From Candidatus Latescibacterota bacterium (GTDB taxonomy: Bacteria; Latescibacterota; UBA2968; UBA8231): a DNA stretch of 64,000 bases. The DNA is taken from positions 2,240,001 through 2,304,000 of the forward strand of contig CBDFJF010000001.1 of assembly GCA_965248265.1 (NCBI GenBank), given 5' to 3'. Of the stretch, positions 40,175 through 50,400 are shown one piece after another. The notes under the pieces are model-generated. The model was given only the letters and a program-made list of their open reading frames with translations, did not search any database and was not told the origin of the DNA. A program made the position numbers and the translations under genes. Every line of letters begins with the position of its first letter. Positions within the stretch are counted from its first letter, which is position 1.

Positions 40175-40378
40175 AGGATGGCCGGCCGTGGGTGCCGGTT
40201 TGTGATCTGGGTCATCAGTTTGCTGTGATACCGATCATGTTTGGGCCAGCAAGACAAAAAAAAGTGCGCGGCCTGTGATTTCAATCATATTCAAGGATAG
40301 GGTTGGTGCCGAACTTTAGAGCAAGAGTTGACTACCGCCCTTTCGAGGGCAGCGATGTTCGAGCAGGAGGATAGGAAA

Positions 40379-40888
40379 ATGAGACTGATAACCGGATTGA
40401 TCGTGATCGCATTGGTGGGCTGGACGACGGACGGACTGCTTGCCGAGGAGAGCGCGAGCCAGGAACCAACCACGACCGCATCGACGACCGAGGGTGAGCC
40501 GGATGAGGAGTGGTTGAATACCGTCTGGACCCAGGTTGACGATATGGTCAAGCAGGAGTCCCTGGAGCTGCAGAAGACGGTCACCGTGGCCGGTGTGCGT
40601 GGCGCCGAGGCCGAGGATTCGATCCTCGACAAGCTCTACTACAAGGGTGCCAAACGCTATCCCAGTCAGGACAAACTGCGCAAGGCCGTCGACTCCTTGA
40701 AGCAGGCTCTTGGCAAGGCTCCCAAGGGTCCCAATGCGGCTAAGCAGAAGTTTTTCATCGCGCAGTGCTATGAGAAGCTCGGGCAGACGGAGACCGCCAG
40801 GGATTTCTACGGACAGGTCGCCTCAGATCATCCTGAGAGCAGTTTTGCCGAGAAGGCTGGCAAGAGGGTGAGCGCGCTACAGCCGTAG
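40379..40888 (+). CDS. small exported protein with AGVRG motif and a C-terminal TPR
   Basis: Signal peptide; TVTVAGVRGAEAED; AKQKFFIAQCYEKLG...YGQV..HPES. Confidence 0.75.
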   Translation: MRLITGLIVIALVGWTTDGLLAEESASQEPTTTASTTEGEPDEEWLNTVWTQVDDMVKQESLELQKTVTVAGVRGAEAEDSILDKLYYKGAKRYPSQDKLRKAVDSLKQALGKAPKGPNAAKQKFFIAQCYEKLGQTETARDFYGQVASDHPESSFAEKAGKRVSALQP

Positions 40889-40915
40889 ATCGCTTCTGCG
40901 AGTAAAGGAAATCTT

Positions 40916-40953
40916 GGGCCGGTTGGAGGAAGTTTCTCCAGCCGGCCCTTTTT
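40916..40953 (+). terminator. intrinsic terminator
   Basis: gggccggttggag / ctccagccggccc stem followed by TTTTT. Confidence 0.8.
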
Positions 40954-40986
40954 GTTAATCTACTTGTCTCTCATGGCAATGAACTT

Positions 40987-43722
40987 ATGGCGATAAGTAC
41001 TGACAGAGACTCACTGATCCAACTGGCGATTGGCCCCCTCGTCGCGCTGGTGATATTCACCCTGAGCTTCACCAAGGCGCTGGAGCGGGCAGAGCTGCTC
41101 AGCTACGACTGGCGCTTGAACGTGCGCAACAACCTGTTCGGGCCGCCCGTCATGGATCCCCGGTTGGGCACCATCGACATCGATGACAAGAGTATCGAAT
41201 CGGAAGGGCGTTACCAGGACTGGACCCGGGACAAGTACAAGGACGTCGTCTCAATCCTCAGCCGCTTCGGGGCGTCGGCACTTGCCTTCGATGTTTATTT
41301 CACCGAGCCCTCGGCTCGGGTGATCTCTGAGAGCCAAGTTGCGGCCTGGTCCTCCATCGACAGCACCTCGTTGAGCAACCTGTTCCGCCAGGAGGACCAC
41401 GATCGCAGCTTCCAACGCTCGATCACGCGAGCCCAGAATGTCTACCTGGCCCAGTTCACGGTGATGGGAGACGATGACGTGCTGCCGCGTACGCCAGACA
41501 AGGAGGCCGCCCTTTCCTGGCTGAGAGACAACGCTCCGCGTATCGCTGATCCCGAGAGCAGTACTCTGTCCCGTATTATCGATTTCACCCCACCCTTCCA
41601 CACCCTGCGCGATGCGGCCCGGGGCTTCGCCTTTGCTCAATCCATCGCCGATGTCGACGGCGCGCGTCGCCGCTACCCACTCGTTTATCAGTACGAGGAT
41701 GTCCCCTTCCCCTCATTGGCGCTGGTGGTGGTGTGCGACTACCTCGGCGTGCCGATGACGAACGTCGTCATCACCCCGGGGTTGAGCGTTCACATTCCCA
41801 ACGCCTCCATCTCTGATGGTGTGCGGCGTGACATCGATATCCCCATCGACGACAGCGGCACGATGATCGTCAACTGGACGGGGTTGTGGGACGAAACCTT
41901 TGTCCATTTCCCGCACATCGGCCTCCGTTGGGCTGCCAAGCAGCTTCTCCTCGACCGCATCAAGGAACTGTTCGGGAGCGGCACGAGGAACCCGGGAAAG
42001 ATAAAAAGTCAGCTGAGGTCCGAAGGACACGAAGACCCCGAGGAGAATGGCAACGCGCTCAGCAGCTTCGGCCGCTCCTACGGAATCGAACGGGCGATAC
42101 AGGGTGGCGCCAGCGACGCAGTGGAATTCTGGCGCTCAAGAGGACTCCAGAACCCGGGTGAGGCCCAGATTGGCATGTTCGAGCAGATCGCCGTCAACAA
42201 CAGAGTCGCTCAGTTGCTGGAGACCGATGCGAAAATGACGTCCCAGAATTTGAGGAGCGCCATCGCCGCGGACTCTGCGCAAATCGCCGAAAGCGAGGCC
42301 TACGTGCGTGGACTCCTCGTCGATGACCGCGTCCCCGCTTCCTCCAGACCGCTCTACTACTACCCGTTCAGCGTCTTCGAGGGTAGCGTTCTCACGATGG
42401 CCGACATCGAGGGCAAGATTCTCTTTTACGGGCTGACCGCGACCGGTACCGAGGATCTCAATGTGACACCGTTCCAGGGGGATTACCCGATGGTGGGAAT
42501 CTACCCCAACGTCATGAACACGATCCTGCTTAGTCAGTTTATCCAGCGCATACCGCCGTGGATCGACGCCTTGCTGACCTTCGCCTTCGGCGTGTTGCTG
42601 TCGCTGGTGATTCCACGGCTACGGGTGCTCCTGGGGGCCAGCTTCGTCCTCGTCGTCGTCCTGCTCTATGCGACCATCGCCTTCCTCGCCCTGTCGCATG
42701 CCGGCTGGTGGCTGGATGCCGTTGGACCGCTGGGGACCCTCGTCGTCGGCTACCTGGCAATCACCATATACGGCTACGTGATCAAAGAGCGGGAGAAGGA
42801 GTTTGTCCAGGGCGCGTTCGGACACTACCTGTCCCCGGCCGTCGTTGATGAGATCATGAACAACCCCGACATGATCAATCAGCTTGGTGGAGAGGAACGC
42901 GTGATGACCTCGTTTTTCTCCGATGTCGCCAGTTTTTCGACGATCTCGGAGTGTCTCACCCCCAGCGAGTTGGTAGCCTTCATCAACGACTACCTCAGCG
43001 AAATGTGCGTCATCATCGAGCACTACGGCGGCACCATCGACAAGTTCGAAGGAGACGCCATCCTGGCCTTCTTCGGTGCCCCTGCCGTCCTCGAGGATCA
43101 CGCCATGAGGGGAACTCTGTCGTGCATCGATCAACAGCGCAAGCTCCTCGAGCTGCGAGAACAATGGGCCACCGATCGCTCGTTGCCACCGGCGCTTTAC
43201 ACGCTGTGGGATAACTGGACCGCCCAGGGCCGCATCTTCGCCCACGTACGCATGGGCATGACAGCCGGTCCGATGGTCGTCGGCAACATGGGCTCGCGCA
43301 CCCGCACCGACTACACCATGATGGGGGACACCGTCAACCTGGCGGCCAGGTTCGAGAGCGGCCAGAAGATCTACGGCACCGGCATCATGGTTAACGGCGC
43401 CGTCTATGAGGCCGTCGAGGACGCGGTCGAGGCCCGCAAGCTGGATCTGATTCAGGTCATGGGCAAGGAAGAGCCGGTGACCGCCTACGAGATTCTGGAG
43501 CGCAAGGGTGAGTTGGATTCCACCAAGTCCGAAGTGCTCGAACTCTATAATCAGGGACTCGCCACCTACGAGCGCTTCGAATTCACTGAGGCCAAGAAAC
43601 TGTTCGACCGCGCTCTGCAGATCGACCCCACCGACGGCCCCTGTGCCCTGTACGCCGATCGCTGTGAAGACTTCGCGATCAATCGCCCCGACGATCTGAT
43701 TTTCCGCGCCGAAAGCAAGTAA
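40987..43722 (+). CDS. CHASE2-domain class III adenylate cyclase with C-terminal TPR
   Basis: N-terminal TM; IDIDDKSI, AFDVYF, DVDGARRRYPL; three TMs; FSDVASFSTISE, IDKFEGDAILAFFG, DYTMMGDTVNLAARFES. Confidence 0.92.
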   Translation: MAISTDRDSLIQLAIGPLVALVIFTLSFTKALERAELLSYDWRLNVRNNLFGPPVMDPRLGTIDIDDKSIESEGRYQDWTRDKYKDVVSILSRFGASALAFDVYFTEPSARVISESQVAAWSSIDSTSLSNLFRQEDHDRSFQRSITRAQNVYLAQFTVMGDDDVLPRTPDKEAALSWLRDNAPRIADPESSTLSRIIDFTPPFHTLRDAARGFAFAQSIADVDGARRRYPLVYQYEDVPFPSLALVVVCDYLGVPMTNVVITPGLSVHIPNASISDGVRRDIDIPIDDSGTMIVNWTGLWDETFVHFPHIGLRWAAKQLLLDRIKELFGSGTRNPGKIKSQLRSEGHEDPEENGNALSSFGRSYGIERAIQGGASDAVEFWRSRGLQNPGEAQIGMFEQIAVNNRVAQLLETDAKMTSQNLRSAIAADSAQIAESEAYVRGLLVDDRVPASSRPLYYYPFSVFEGSVLTMADIEGKILFYGLTATGTEDLNVTPFQGDYPMVGIYPNVMNTILLSQFIQRIPPWIDALLTFAFGVLLSLVIPRLRVLLGASFVLVVVLLYATIAFLALSHAGWWLDAVGPLGTLVVGYLAITIYGYVIKEREKEFVQGAFGHYLSPAVVDEIMNNPDMINQLGGEERVMTSFFSDVASFSTISECLTPSELVAFINDYLSEMCVIIEHYGGTIDKFEGDAILAFFGAPAVLEDHAMRGTLSCIDQQRKLLELREQWATDRSLPPALYTLWDNWTAQGRIFAHVRMGMTAGPMVVGNMGSRTRTDYTMMGDTVNLAARFESGQKIYGTGIMVNGAVYEAVEDAVEARKLDLIQVMGKEEPVTAYEILERKGELDSTKSEVLELYNQGLATYERFEFTEAKKLFDRALQIDPTDGPCALYADRCEDFAINRPDDLIFRAESK

Positions 43723-43868
43723 AACCACCCTCCTGGCAGGCAGATTCCGCTCGGTGATCATGGCCGAGTCACCTGTCGGTAATATCCGTTTGTCTTTACA
43801 TTTTGACGCGTATCTGACGCTGGCTTGATTGCCTTGGTACCTTCCAGGAAAGTGAACCTGACGACTTC

Positions 43869-44564
43869 GTGAACGGGTCTTTGAAGTGGTTCTTCGCCGG
43901 CCTCGCCCTGGTCTTCGTCGCCTGCGCGGGTCGCAGCCAGGATGCGGTATCTGCGGCGGATGAGGAAACCGAGCTGCGCAGCGAAGTCGAGGACTTGAAG
44001 CGCGCGGTCAACGCTTCCTACGATCGCGAACGAGCCCTGGCGGAACGCCTCCAGAGCACGGAAGAGAGCAACGCTCAATTGCGCCGCGAGTTCGAAAAAC
44101 AGCTCGGCGAGTTGGGATCGCTGAAGGGTAGACTGGATACCCTTTCTGCATCGTCACCGACACCCATGGCCAGGAGATCATCCGCTGTCGGTGTACCACG
44201 ACGATACGAAGCGGCCCGAGCCCTCTACAACGATCGTCTGTACGACAGGGCGGTAAAGGAGTTCGCGACGATCCTGAGCGGTTCACCCGGCAGTGACCTG
44301 GCTGACAATGCCCAGTACTGGATCGGCGAGTGTTATTATGGCATGGGCAGATTTCGTCAGGCACTGACCGAATTCACCAAAGTCTTCGCCTACCGCAACA
44401 CGGAAAAAGACGACGACGCACAACTGAAGATCGCGCGATGTTACCTCTCCCTGGGCGAAAAAGACCGGGCTCTAATGGCATTGCGAAAACTGATCGACGA
44501 GTACCCGGAAAGTGAGTATGTCGCCAACGCCCGCAGAGAAATCCGCTATCTCCAGGGTCCCTGA
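43869..44564 (+). CDS. cpoB: Tol-Pal-associated TPR lipoprotein CpoB/YbgF
   Basis: Lipobox FVAC, coiled coil, LADNAQYWIGECYY, DAQLKIA, LIDEYPES. Confidence 0.8.
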   Translation: MNGSLKWFFAGLALVFVACAGRSQDAVSAADEETELRSEVEDLKRAVNASYDRERALAERLQSTEESNAQLRREFEKQLGELGSLKGRLDTLSASSPTPMARRSSAVGVPRRYEAARALYNDRLYDRAVKEFATILSGSPGSDLADNAQYWIGECYYGMGRFRQALTEFTKVFAYRNTEKDDDAQLKIARCYLSLGEKDRALMALRKLIDEYPESEYVANARREIRYLQGP

Positions 44565-44622
44565 GCCTGACGATCCAGTTCGGGAACCGCAGGCGGAGTC
44601 GAGCGTGTTTCCGATACCTGAT

Positions 44623-45252
44623 ATGCAACCCCATCTTCTCATCATCGTTGGCCTGTCAGTTTGTGCCTTGTTGTGCGGCCCTGCACGCGCGGCCACGTTC
44701 ACGGTCACGACCGACGTGGACCTGGTCATACAGGCGGCGTCAGCGGCGGTAGAGAGCGGAGTGGCCAACCTCGACGCCAGCCGCGATAGTGTAACCTGGA
44801 AGTCCCCTCTGCTGGTCGTGGCTCAGGAGAAGCACGAGGCTAACTGGATTATCGAGCACCTATTGATTGAACAGATGTTGTCGCGAGGCACGACCGTTGT
44901 ACTGGATTCCACTGCTATCAGCATGTCCGAGTCCAGGTTGTCCTACCGGATCGTCGACCTCAACATCCGAGGCTCGTCCGGGCTGATGGGAAGCTCCGTT
45001 TCCCGCGAATGCCGTATCACCACGGCCCTGCGCTTGAGCAACGAGTCCGATGGCGCCGTGCTCTGGCAGGATGAGTCCAGCGGCCACCAGGACGACCGCG
45101 TACCCAAGACGCACCTCGACGCTCTCAACAATGACGACTACGGATTTGCCGATACCCGAGTCGAAAAACGCAGCTGGGGAAAAGTCGCCGAACCCGCTAT
45201 CGTTTCGGGAGTACTGGGCAGCCTGGTCTATTTCTTTTTTTCCAACCGATGA
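44623..45252 (+). CDS. hypothetical exported protein
   Basis: Signal peptide and a C-terminal hydrophobic EPAIV..LVYFFFSNR tail; ATGA-coupled to bamD. Confidence 0.65.
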   Translation: MQPHLLIIVGLSVCALLCGPARAATFTVTTDVDLVIQAASAAVESGVANLDASRDSVTWKSPLLVVAQEKHEANWIIEHLLIEQMLSRGTTVVLDSTAISMSESRLSYRIVDLNIRGSSGLMGSSVSRECRITTALRLSNESDGAVLWQDESSGHQDDRVPKTHLDALNNDDYGFADTRVEKRSWGKVAEPAIVSGVLGSLVYFFFSNR

Positions 45253-46019
45253 CCACGTCTCTCACCAACACAACACCGGTTTTTGCTCTGTTACTGGCCG
45301 CCTTGCTGGTGGCCTGCGGTGGGGACAAGGTGGCCCCCCTCCGAGGGGTCGAATATTTCTACGGTGAGGGTCAGAAGGCGTTCGAGCGCAAACGCTATCT
45401 GGACGCGATTGAGCACTTCCGCCGCGTCGTCAGCAATTTCCCGGGATCCTCGAGAGTCGCTGACGCGCAGTACTACCTGGCAGAGTCCCATTTCCGGCTC
45501 AAGGACTACGTCAACGCTTCCTTCGAGTACCAGCGTCTCGTGGACGCCTATCCGAGCAGCGAGTGGGCGGCCAAAGCCAAGTTTCAGGTCGGGGAGTCCT
45601 ACTTCCTTCAACGACGGCGATCAGAGCTGGACCAGAAGGAAACACTCGAGGCGATCATCCATTTCAGGAACTTCATCGAAGATTTTCCAGATAGCCCGCT
45701 GACTGAGACCGCCCGCGAACGCATCGTCGAGAGCCGCTCGCGCCTGGCCAAAAAGGAATACGACGCCGCCCGCCTGTATGAGAACCAAGACTACTACGAA
45801 GCGGCGAGGATCACCTACGAAGCCACCATGAGGAGTTATCCCGACACCCGTTGGTACTACGAGTCAAAAGCGCGCCTGGGAATAATCTCAAAAGAAGAGG
45901 GCGACCTGGTGACGACTCGTATGCACTGGAACGAGGTGGTCGAAGAGTCAGCCGATGAGAAGCTGAAGGAGCAGGTCCGCGAATGGCTGCGAGAGCTGGA
46001 TCCTCCGGTCCCGGAATAA
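45249..46019 (+). CDS. bamD: outer-membrane assembly lipoprotein BamD
   Basis: Lipobox LVAC; TPRs; ELDQ.ET..AI..F..FI.DFPDS...LAKKEYDAARLY. Confidence 0.88.
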   Translation: MTTSLTNTTPVFALLLAALLVACGGDKVAPLRGVEYFYGEGQKAFERKRYLDAIEHFRRVVSNFPGSSRVADAQYYLAESHFRLKDYVNASFEYQRLVDAYPSSEWAAKAKFQVGESYFLQRRRSELDQKETLEAIIHFRNFIEDFPDSPLTETARERIVESRSRLAKKEYDAARLYENQDYYEAARITYEATMRSYPDTRWYYESKARLGIISKEEGDLVTTRMHWNEVVEESADEKLKEQVREWLRELDPPVPE

Positions 46020-46029
46020 TCAGTCGCGT

Positions 46030-46623
46030 GTGAACGACCGACTCGGAATCGTCGGCGGTACCTTCGATCCCATCCACCATGGGCATCTGCTCCTCGCCCG
46101 TTTTGTGAGCGAGAAGATGGACCTCGATAAGGTTCTCTTCATCCCTGCTGCAACACCTCCGCACAAGGATCACCGCGATGACATCGCCCCCAGCGCCTGC
46201 CGCTGGGCCATGGTCGAACTCGCCCTCGAAGGCATCGATGATTTCGAGGCCTCACGCAGCGAACTGGATCGCCCTGGACGTTCCTACACCATTGACACCT
46301 TGCGCCAGTTGCGCGACGACCACCCCGATGACGAATTCTTCCTCATCGTCGGCACCGATAACACCCATGATCTGTCGAACTGGCACGACCCCGAAAGCAT
46401 ACTGGGGTTATGTACAGTTGTGGCCGGTTCACGGACCCTCGACTCGGGCGACCCCGGGCTCGACGTTATCGGCGCACAAGTCCACGTCGTCGACACCCCC
46501 GTCATCGATATCTCGTCTACGCAGATTCGCCAGCGGATCCGGGCAGGACTGCCCGTACACTCGATGATGCCGGACAAGGTGGCCGCCTACATCCGAGAAC
46601 GGAGGTTGTACTCAGACACATGA
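46030..46623 (+). CDS. nadD: nicotinate-nucleotide adenylyltransferase
   Basis: GGTFDPIHHGHL, PPHK, SYTIDTL, ISSTQIR. Confidence 0.96.
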   Translation: MNDRLGIVGGTFDPIHHGHLLLARFVSEKMDLDKVLFIPAATPPHKDHRDDIAPSACRWAMVELALEGIDDFEASRSELDRPGRSYTIDTLRQLRDDHPDDEFFLIVGTDNTHDLSNWHDPESILGLCTVVAGSRTLDSGDPGLDVIGAQVHVVDTPVIDISSTQIRQRIRAGLPVHSMMPDKVAAYIRERRLYSDT

Positions 46624-47810
46624 GCTTTCTCACCCATCTCGAATGCTCCCGTACCGGCGCTCACTACGACGCCGACCAACTCCACAATCTTTCAGATGAG
46701 GGCGCACCCCTGCTTGCTCGCTACGACCTGGATGCCGTGGGCGCCACCGTTAAACCCGGTGACTTTGCCGGGCGCCGTCCGGACATGTGGCGCTACCGCG
46801 AGGTGTTGCCGTTGCGATCTCTTGATGAAGAGGGTGAGAGCGAGATCATTTCGTTGGGAGAGGGCTTCACGCCTTTGCGCTCTACTCCAAGCCTTGGAGC
46901 GGTGCTGGGCCTGCGGCGATTGTTCATAAAGGATGAATCCGTGAACCCGACCGGCTCCTTCAAGGCCCGTGGCCTGTCCGCGGCCGTGACCGGGGCCGTC
47001 GCCCGAGGCGCGCGCAAACTCGCCATCCCCACGGCCGGCAATGCCGGTGGAGCATTAGCCGCCTACGCTGCCGCCGCCGGCCTCGAGGCTTTCGTCTTCA
47101 TGCCGGCAGACACACCGATCGCTTTCCAGATCGAATGCCGATCGTGCGGCGCCCATCTGGAGCTCATCGATGGATTGATCAACGACTGCGGTGCCATTGT
47201 CGGTCAGCGCAAGGAGGCCGAGGGCTGGTTTGATGTGTCGACGCTGAAGGAGCCCTATCGCGTCGAAGGCAAGAAGACCATGGGCTATGAACTGTTCGAG
47301 CAGTTCAACGGAGTGCTTCCCGACGTCATCCTCTATCCGACTGGCGGTGGCACGGGATTGATCGGTATGTGGAAGGCCTTCGACGAGATGGAACAGATGG
47401 GCTGGATCGACAGCCGGCGGCCACGCATGGTCTCCGTGCAATCCGCTGGATGCGCCCCGATCGCTCGCGCTCTGGAGGAAGGCACCGAATCGGCACGTCC
47501 GTGGGAAAACGCTCAGACCAGGGCCTCCGGGCTGCGAGTGCCGGTAGCCGTAGCCGACTTTCTCATGCTGCGGGCGATCCGAGAAACCGGAGGCTGCGCC
47601 GTCATGGTCAGCGACGAGGAGTTGGTCGAGGCCACCCATGAGATCGCCCGTCATACCGGCATTTTCGCCGCCCCCGAGGGAGGCGCGACCTTCGCTGCCC
47701 TGCGCAAACTGCTCGAACGCAACGAAATCGAAGCGGACGAGCGCATCGTCCTTTTCAATACCGGCAGCGGCTATAAGTACCTGGAGTTGTTGGCTGACCC
47801 GCCGGCTTGA
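46620..47810 (+). CDS. thrC: threonine synthase
   Basis: MWRYREVLP, SLGEGFTPL, KDESVNPTGSFKARG, EGKKTMGYEL, PTGGGTG, NTGSGYKY. Confidence 0.9.
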   Translation: MSFLTHLECSRTGAHYDADQLHNLSDEGAPLLARYDLDAVGATVKPGDFAGRRPDMWRYREVLPLRSLDEEGESEIISLGEGFTPLRSTPSLGAVLGLRRLFIKDESVNPTGSFKARGLSAAVTGAVARGARKLAIPTAGNAGGALAAYAAAAGLEAFVFMPADTPIAFQIECRSCGAHLELIDGLINDCGAIVGQRKEAEGWFDVSTLKEPYRVEGKKTMGYELFEQFNGVLPDVILYPTGGGTGLIGMWKAFDEMEQMGWIDSRRPRMVSVQSAGCAPIARALEEGTESARPWENAQTRASGLRVPVAVADFLMLRAIRETGGCAVMVSDEELVEATHEIARHTGIFAAPEGGATFAALRKLLERNEIEADERIVLFNTGSGYKYLELLADPPA

Positions 47811-47872
47811 CCGGTGTGGTGGGTTGACGAACCGGCGGACCGGCTTAGCTTTTGATTTCGTTGAAATTTATC

Positions 47873-47949
47873 GCACCCATAGCTCAATTGGATAGAGCAC
47901 CTGACTACGGATCAGGAGGTTTGGGGTTCGAATCCCTATGGGTGCACCA
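47873..47949 (+). tRNA. tRNA-Arg(ACG); island integration site
   Basis: GCACCCA/TGGGTGC stem; CCTGA-CTACGGA-TCAGG; encoded CCA. Confidence 0.96.
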
Positions 47950-48039
47950 TTTATAAGCAGTAAGAAAACAGGCACTTACGCCGTCTTTTCTGACGAGATG
48001 CAAGTGCCTTTGACCTGCCCCCGTCGTTTGGGCCAAGTG

Positions 48040-48882
48040 TCATGAGAGTAATGTTGTTTTTCGGGTAGCTCCAACAGGCGGCTGCCCCGGTGTGTGGTGC
48101 TGTTGTGCAAACTGCTCTGGTGTGAGATCGTTGAGTCCACTGTGTGGTCGAATGGTATTGTAGTTCTGTCGCCAGTCTTCGAGGGTACGACGAGCATCGG
48201 CCATGCATGAAAACCAGTGTTCGTTGAGGCACTCGTCTCGGATCTTGCCGTTGAAGCTCTCTACGTACGGGTTTTGGGTGGGTTTTCCCGGAGCAATGAA
48301 GTTGAGACGGACGCCATGCCGGTACGCCCACTCGTCCAGCGCTTTGCCACTGAATTCAGGCCCGTTATCGACCAGCAGCGAGATAGGCAGACCATGAGAA
48401 GTGACAAGCTCATCGAGGACTCGGCACACTCGCAAGCCAGGCAGAGACGTGTCTACCTCACTGGCCAGACAACGGCGGCTGAAGTCATCGAGGACGTTGA
48501 GGACGCGAATGCGTCTGCCATCCGCCAACTGGTCGGACATGAAATCCATAGACCATCGCTGGTTGAGGGCGGTTGCTGGCATCGGCTGACGGCCACGTTC
48601 TTTCGACCTGCGCCGTTTTCTCCGATGAGGAATCTGTAAGTGCTCCTGACGATAAACCCGGTAGATGCGCTTGTGATTGTCCGTCCATCCTTCGCGCCGC
48701 AGCAACAACAACAGACGTCGGTACCCCCAGCGTCGCCGGCGCTTGGCCTGGGTCCGCAGAGCCGCTGCCAGTGGCGCATCCGGGCGGTCCTGCGGTCGAT
48801 AGTGATACGTGCTGCGATGGAGTCCAAGAAGCCCACAGACGCGACGGCAGCTGACCTGAAACATCCCCTGGAGGTGATTCAC
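48040..48882 (-). CDS. IS3 OrfB DDE transposase (probably joined to OrfA by a -1 frameshift)
   Basis: [39 protein letters not shown]. Confidence 0.93.
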   Translation of the reverse strand: MNHLQGMFQVSCRRVCGLLGLHRSTYHYRPQDRPDAPLAAALRTQAKRRRRWGYRRLLLLLRREGWTDNHKRIYRVYRQEHLQIPHRRKRRRSKERGRQPMPATALNQRWSMDFMSDQLADGRRIRVLNVLDDFSRRCLASEVDTSLPGLRVCRVLDELVTSHGLPISLLVDNGPEFSGKALDEWAYRHGVRLNFIAPGKPTQNPYVESFNGKIRDECLNEHWFSCMADARRTLEDWRQNYNTIRPHSGLNDLTPEQFAQQHHTPGQPPVGATRKTTLLS

Positions 48883-48905
48883 GGCTCGTCTTTGCGCTGC
48901 GGGCG

Positions 48906-49172
48906 TTACCAGTTTCTTGAGTTGACTTCCTTGAGCATCTGGATATCTAGTGCCTGGTCGGCGACGATTCGCTTCAGTCGTCGATTCTCATCCTCCGCCT
49001 GTTTGAGGCGCTTAGCATCGCTAACATCCATGCCGCCGAATTTGGCCTTCCAGCGGTAGAATGTGCCTTCGGCAATGCCGTGCTTACGACTCAGATTAGC
49101 GACCGTGACGCCCGCTTCGGCTTCCTTCAGGATGGCGATAATCTGCTCTTCCGTGAACCGCTTGCGCTTCAT
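48906..49172 (-). CDS. IS3 OrfA
   Basis: [21 protein letters not shown]...[12 protein letters not shown]...[11 protein letters not shown]. Confidence 0.93.
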   Translation of the reverse strand: MKRKRFTEEQIIAILKEAEAGVTVANLSRKHGIAEGTFYRWKAKFGGMDVSDAKRLKQAEDENRRLKRIVADQALDIQMLKEVNSRNW

Positions 49173-49452
49173 GAGATGTCCTCCTGGCCTCAACGGTAGG
49201 CCGGTGAACTCTCATTGACAATGGGCCAATTTCAGGGGGCAAGGTCATCAACGCCCACCCCAACACGCCATCGTCCGAACACGGCTCGATGTGCTGCTGT
49301 GGCCTGCCCAACAACTGCGACCAGCTACCGTCATCGTGGTAGAGCCACAGTTCGATGGGTGGTCCGGAGATTACGGTGAGTTTGGGGACGCAGCCAGCCA
49401 TGGGACGAGTGTAGTCGGTGGGGGTGGAGCGTCAAGAGGTGGTGCGAGAGTG

Positions 49453-50345
49453 TTATCTGCAGCAGACACCCTTCAAGGACCCCCATGTCACTGCTGATAC
49501 CGTTGTAGTCGGATCTTCTGGAGTGACGGTAAAAGCATGATATATTGTTGTCCAATCTCGGTAGCTAAATCCCGTCCTTACAGGCACATCAAGGAATCCA
49601 AATACCGAATATTCTCCAGGCTTCTCGATGCCATATATCTGAGCTAAGTCTGTCTCAATGGTCATGCTCTCATTTGCCAATACTGTAGTCGCATACTCTT
49701 GTGGAGGTGCCTCGTCGCCACAATACAGGCATCCTCGAGGACCGTTAAAAAATAGGTCGAAACGAAGCTGGTCTGACGGCTGTCGCCATGTATCTCGTTC
49801 AAATACGGACACCGGTACATCCATGTGGTTGGAGACAGTGAGCTGGACACGTATCGGTTTCCCTGCAACAAACTGTGAGCTGCCTTCGATCGAAACTGAA
49901 ACAGGTGCCCTTTCGTGCTCGATGGCATCGTTTACGTAGTCTAAAAAGAGGAGCCCTTCTTCCGACGGCTCTGAATCGAGATTGATAAGCCACGGTGACA
50001 CCACTGGGCATGGTAGTTCCCAACTGGGCTCTCCTCAGGTAGCATCAACAGATACCTCTGGCCGACTTTATAACTGGAGGGAAGGGGGGAATAGCAACTA
50101 CCGGCATCTTCTTTGCTATAAGTGAAAAGCGAGAGTATTTCCGTAGAAAGTTGGCCCTTAAGGAACGCTTCAACGTGAAATTCGGCAGACAGAGTTTCAA
50201 CTTGAGTTGGTGTGCCGATGACAACGTTTCGATGGTTGTTAACCGTTCTGGCTATGCTTTGAGGTAGGTAGGAGCAGGCGTTGAGTTCCGTTCTGAGGAT
50301 CACAACACCTAAGACGCCTATCGCTATGATCATCGATCTACTCAT
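49453..50345 (-). pseudogene. secreted TIMP/NTR-like protein with a second domain and TWGxLK tail, frameshifted near 50025
   Basis: ORF 49941-50345 (signal-A-CSY...YKVGQRYLL) overlaps ORF 49453-50004 ending TTTVSAVTWGSLK. A single frame change joins them. Confidence 0.6.
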
Positions 50346-50400
50346 CGCACACCGCCCTTAATATTTGCTCTCGACAAAACGTCTGTGGGTTAGTGACCCC

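Larger units (their letters stand above)
48011..49247 (-). mobile_element. IS3-family insertion sequence
   Basis: Terminal IRs tgacctgccccc..tgggcca / tgggcca..gggggcaaggtca; orfA and orfB; no target duplication seen. Confidence 0.92.
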
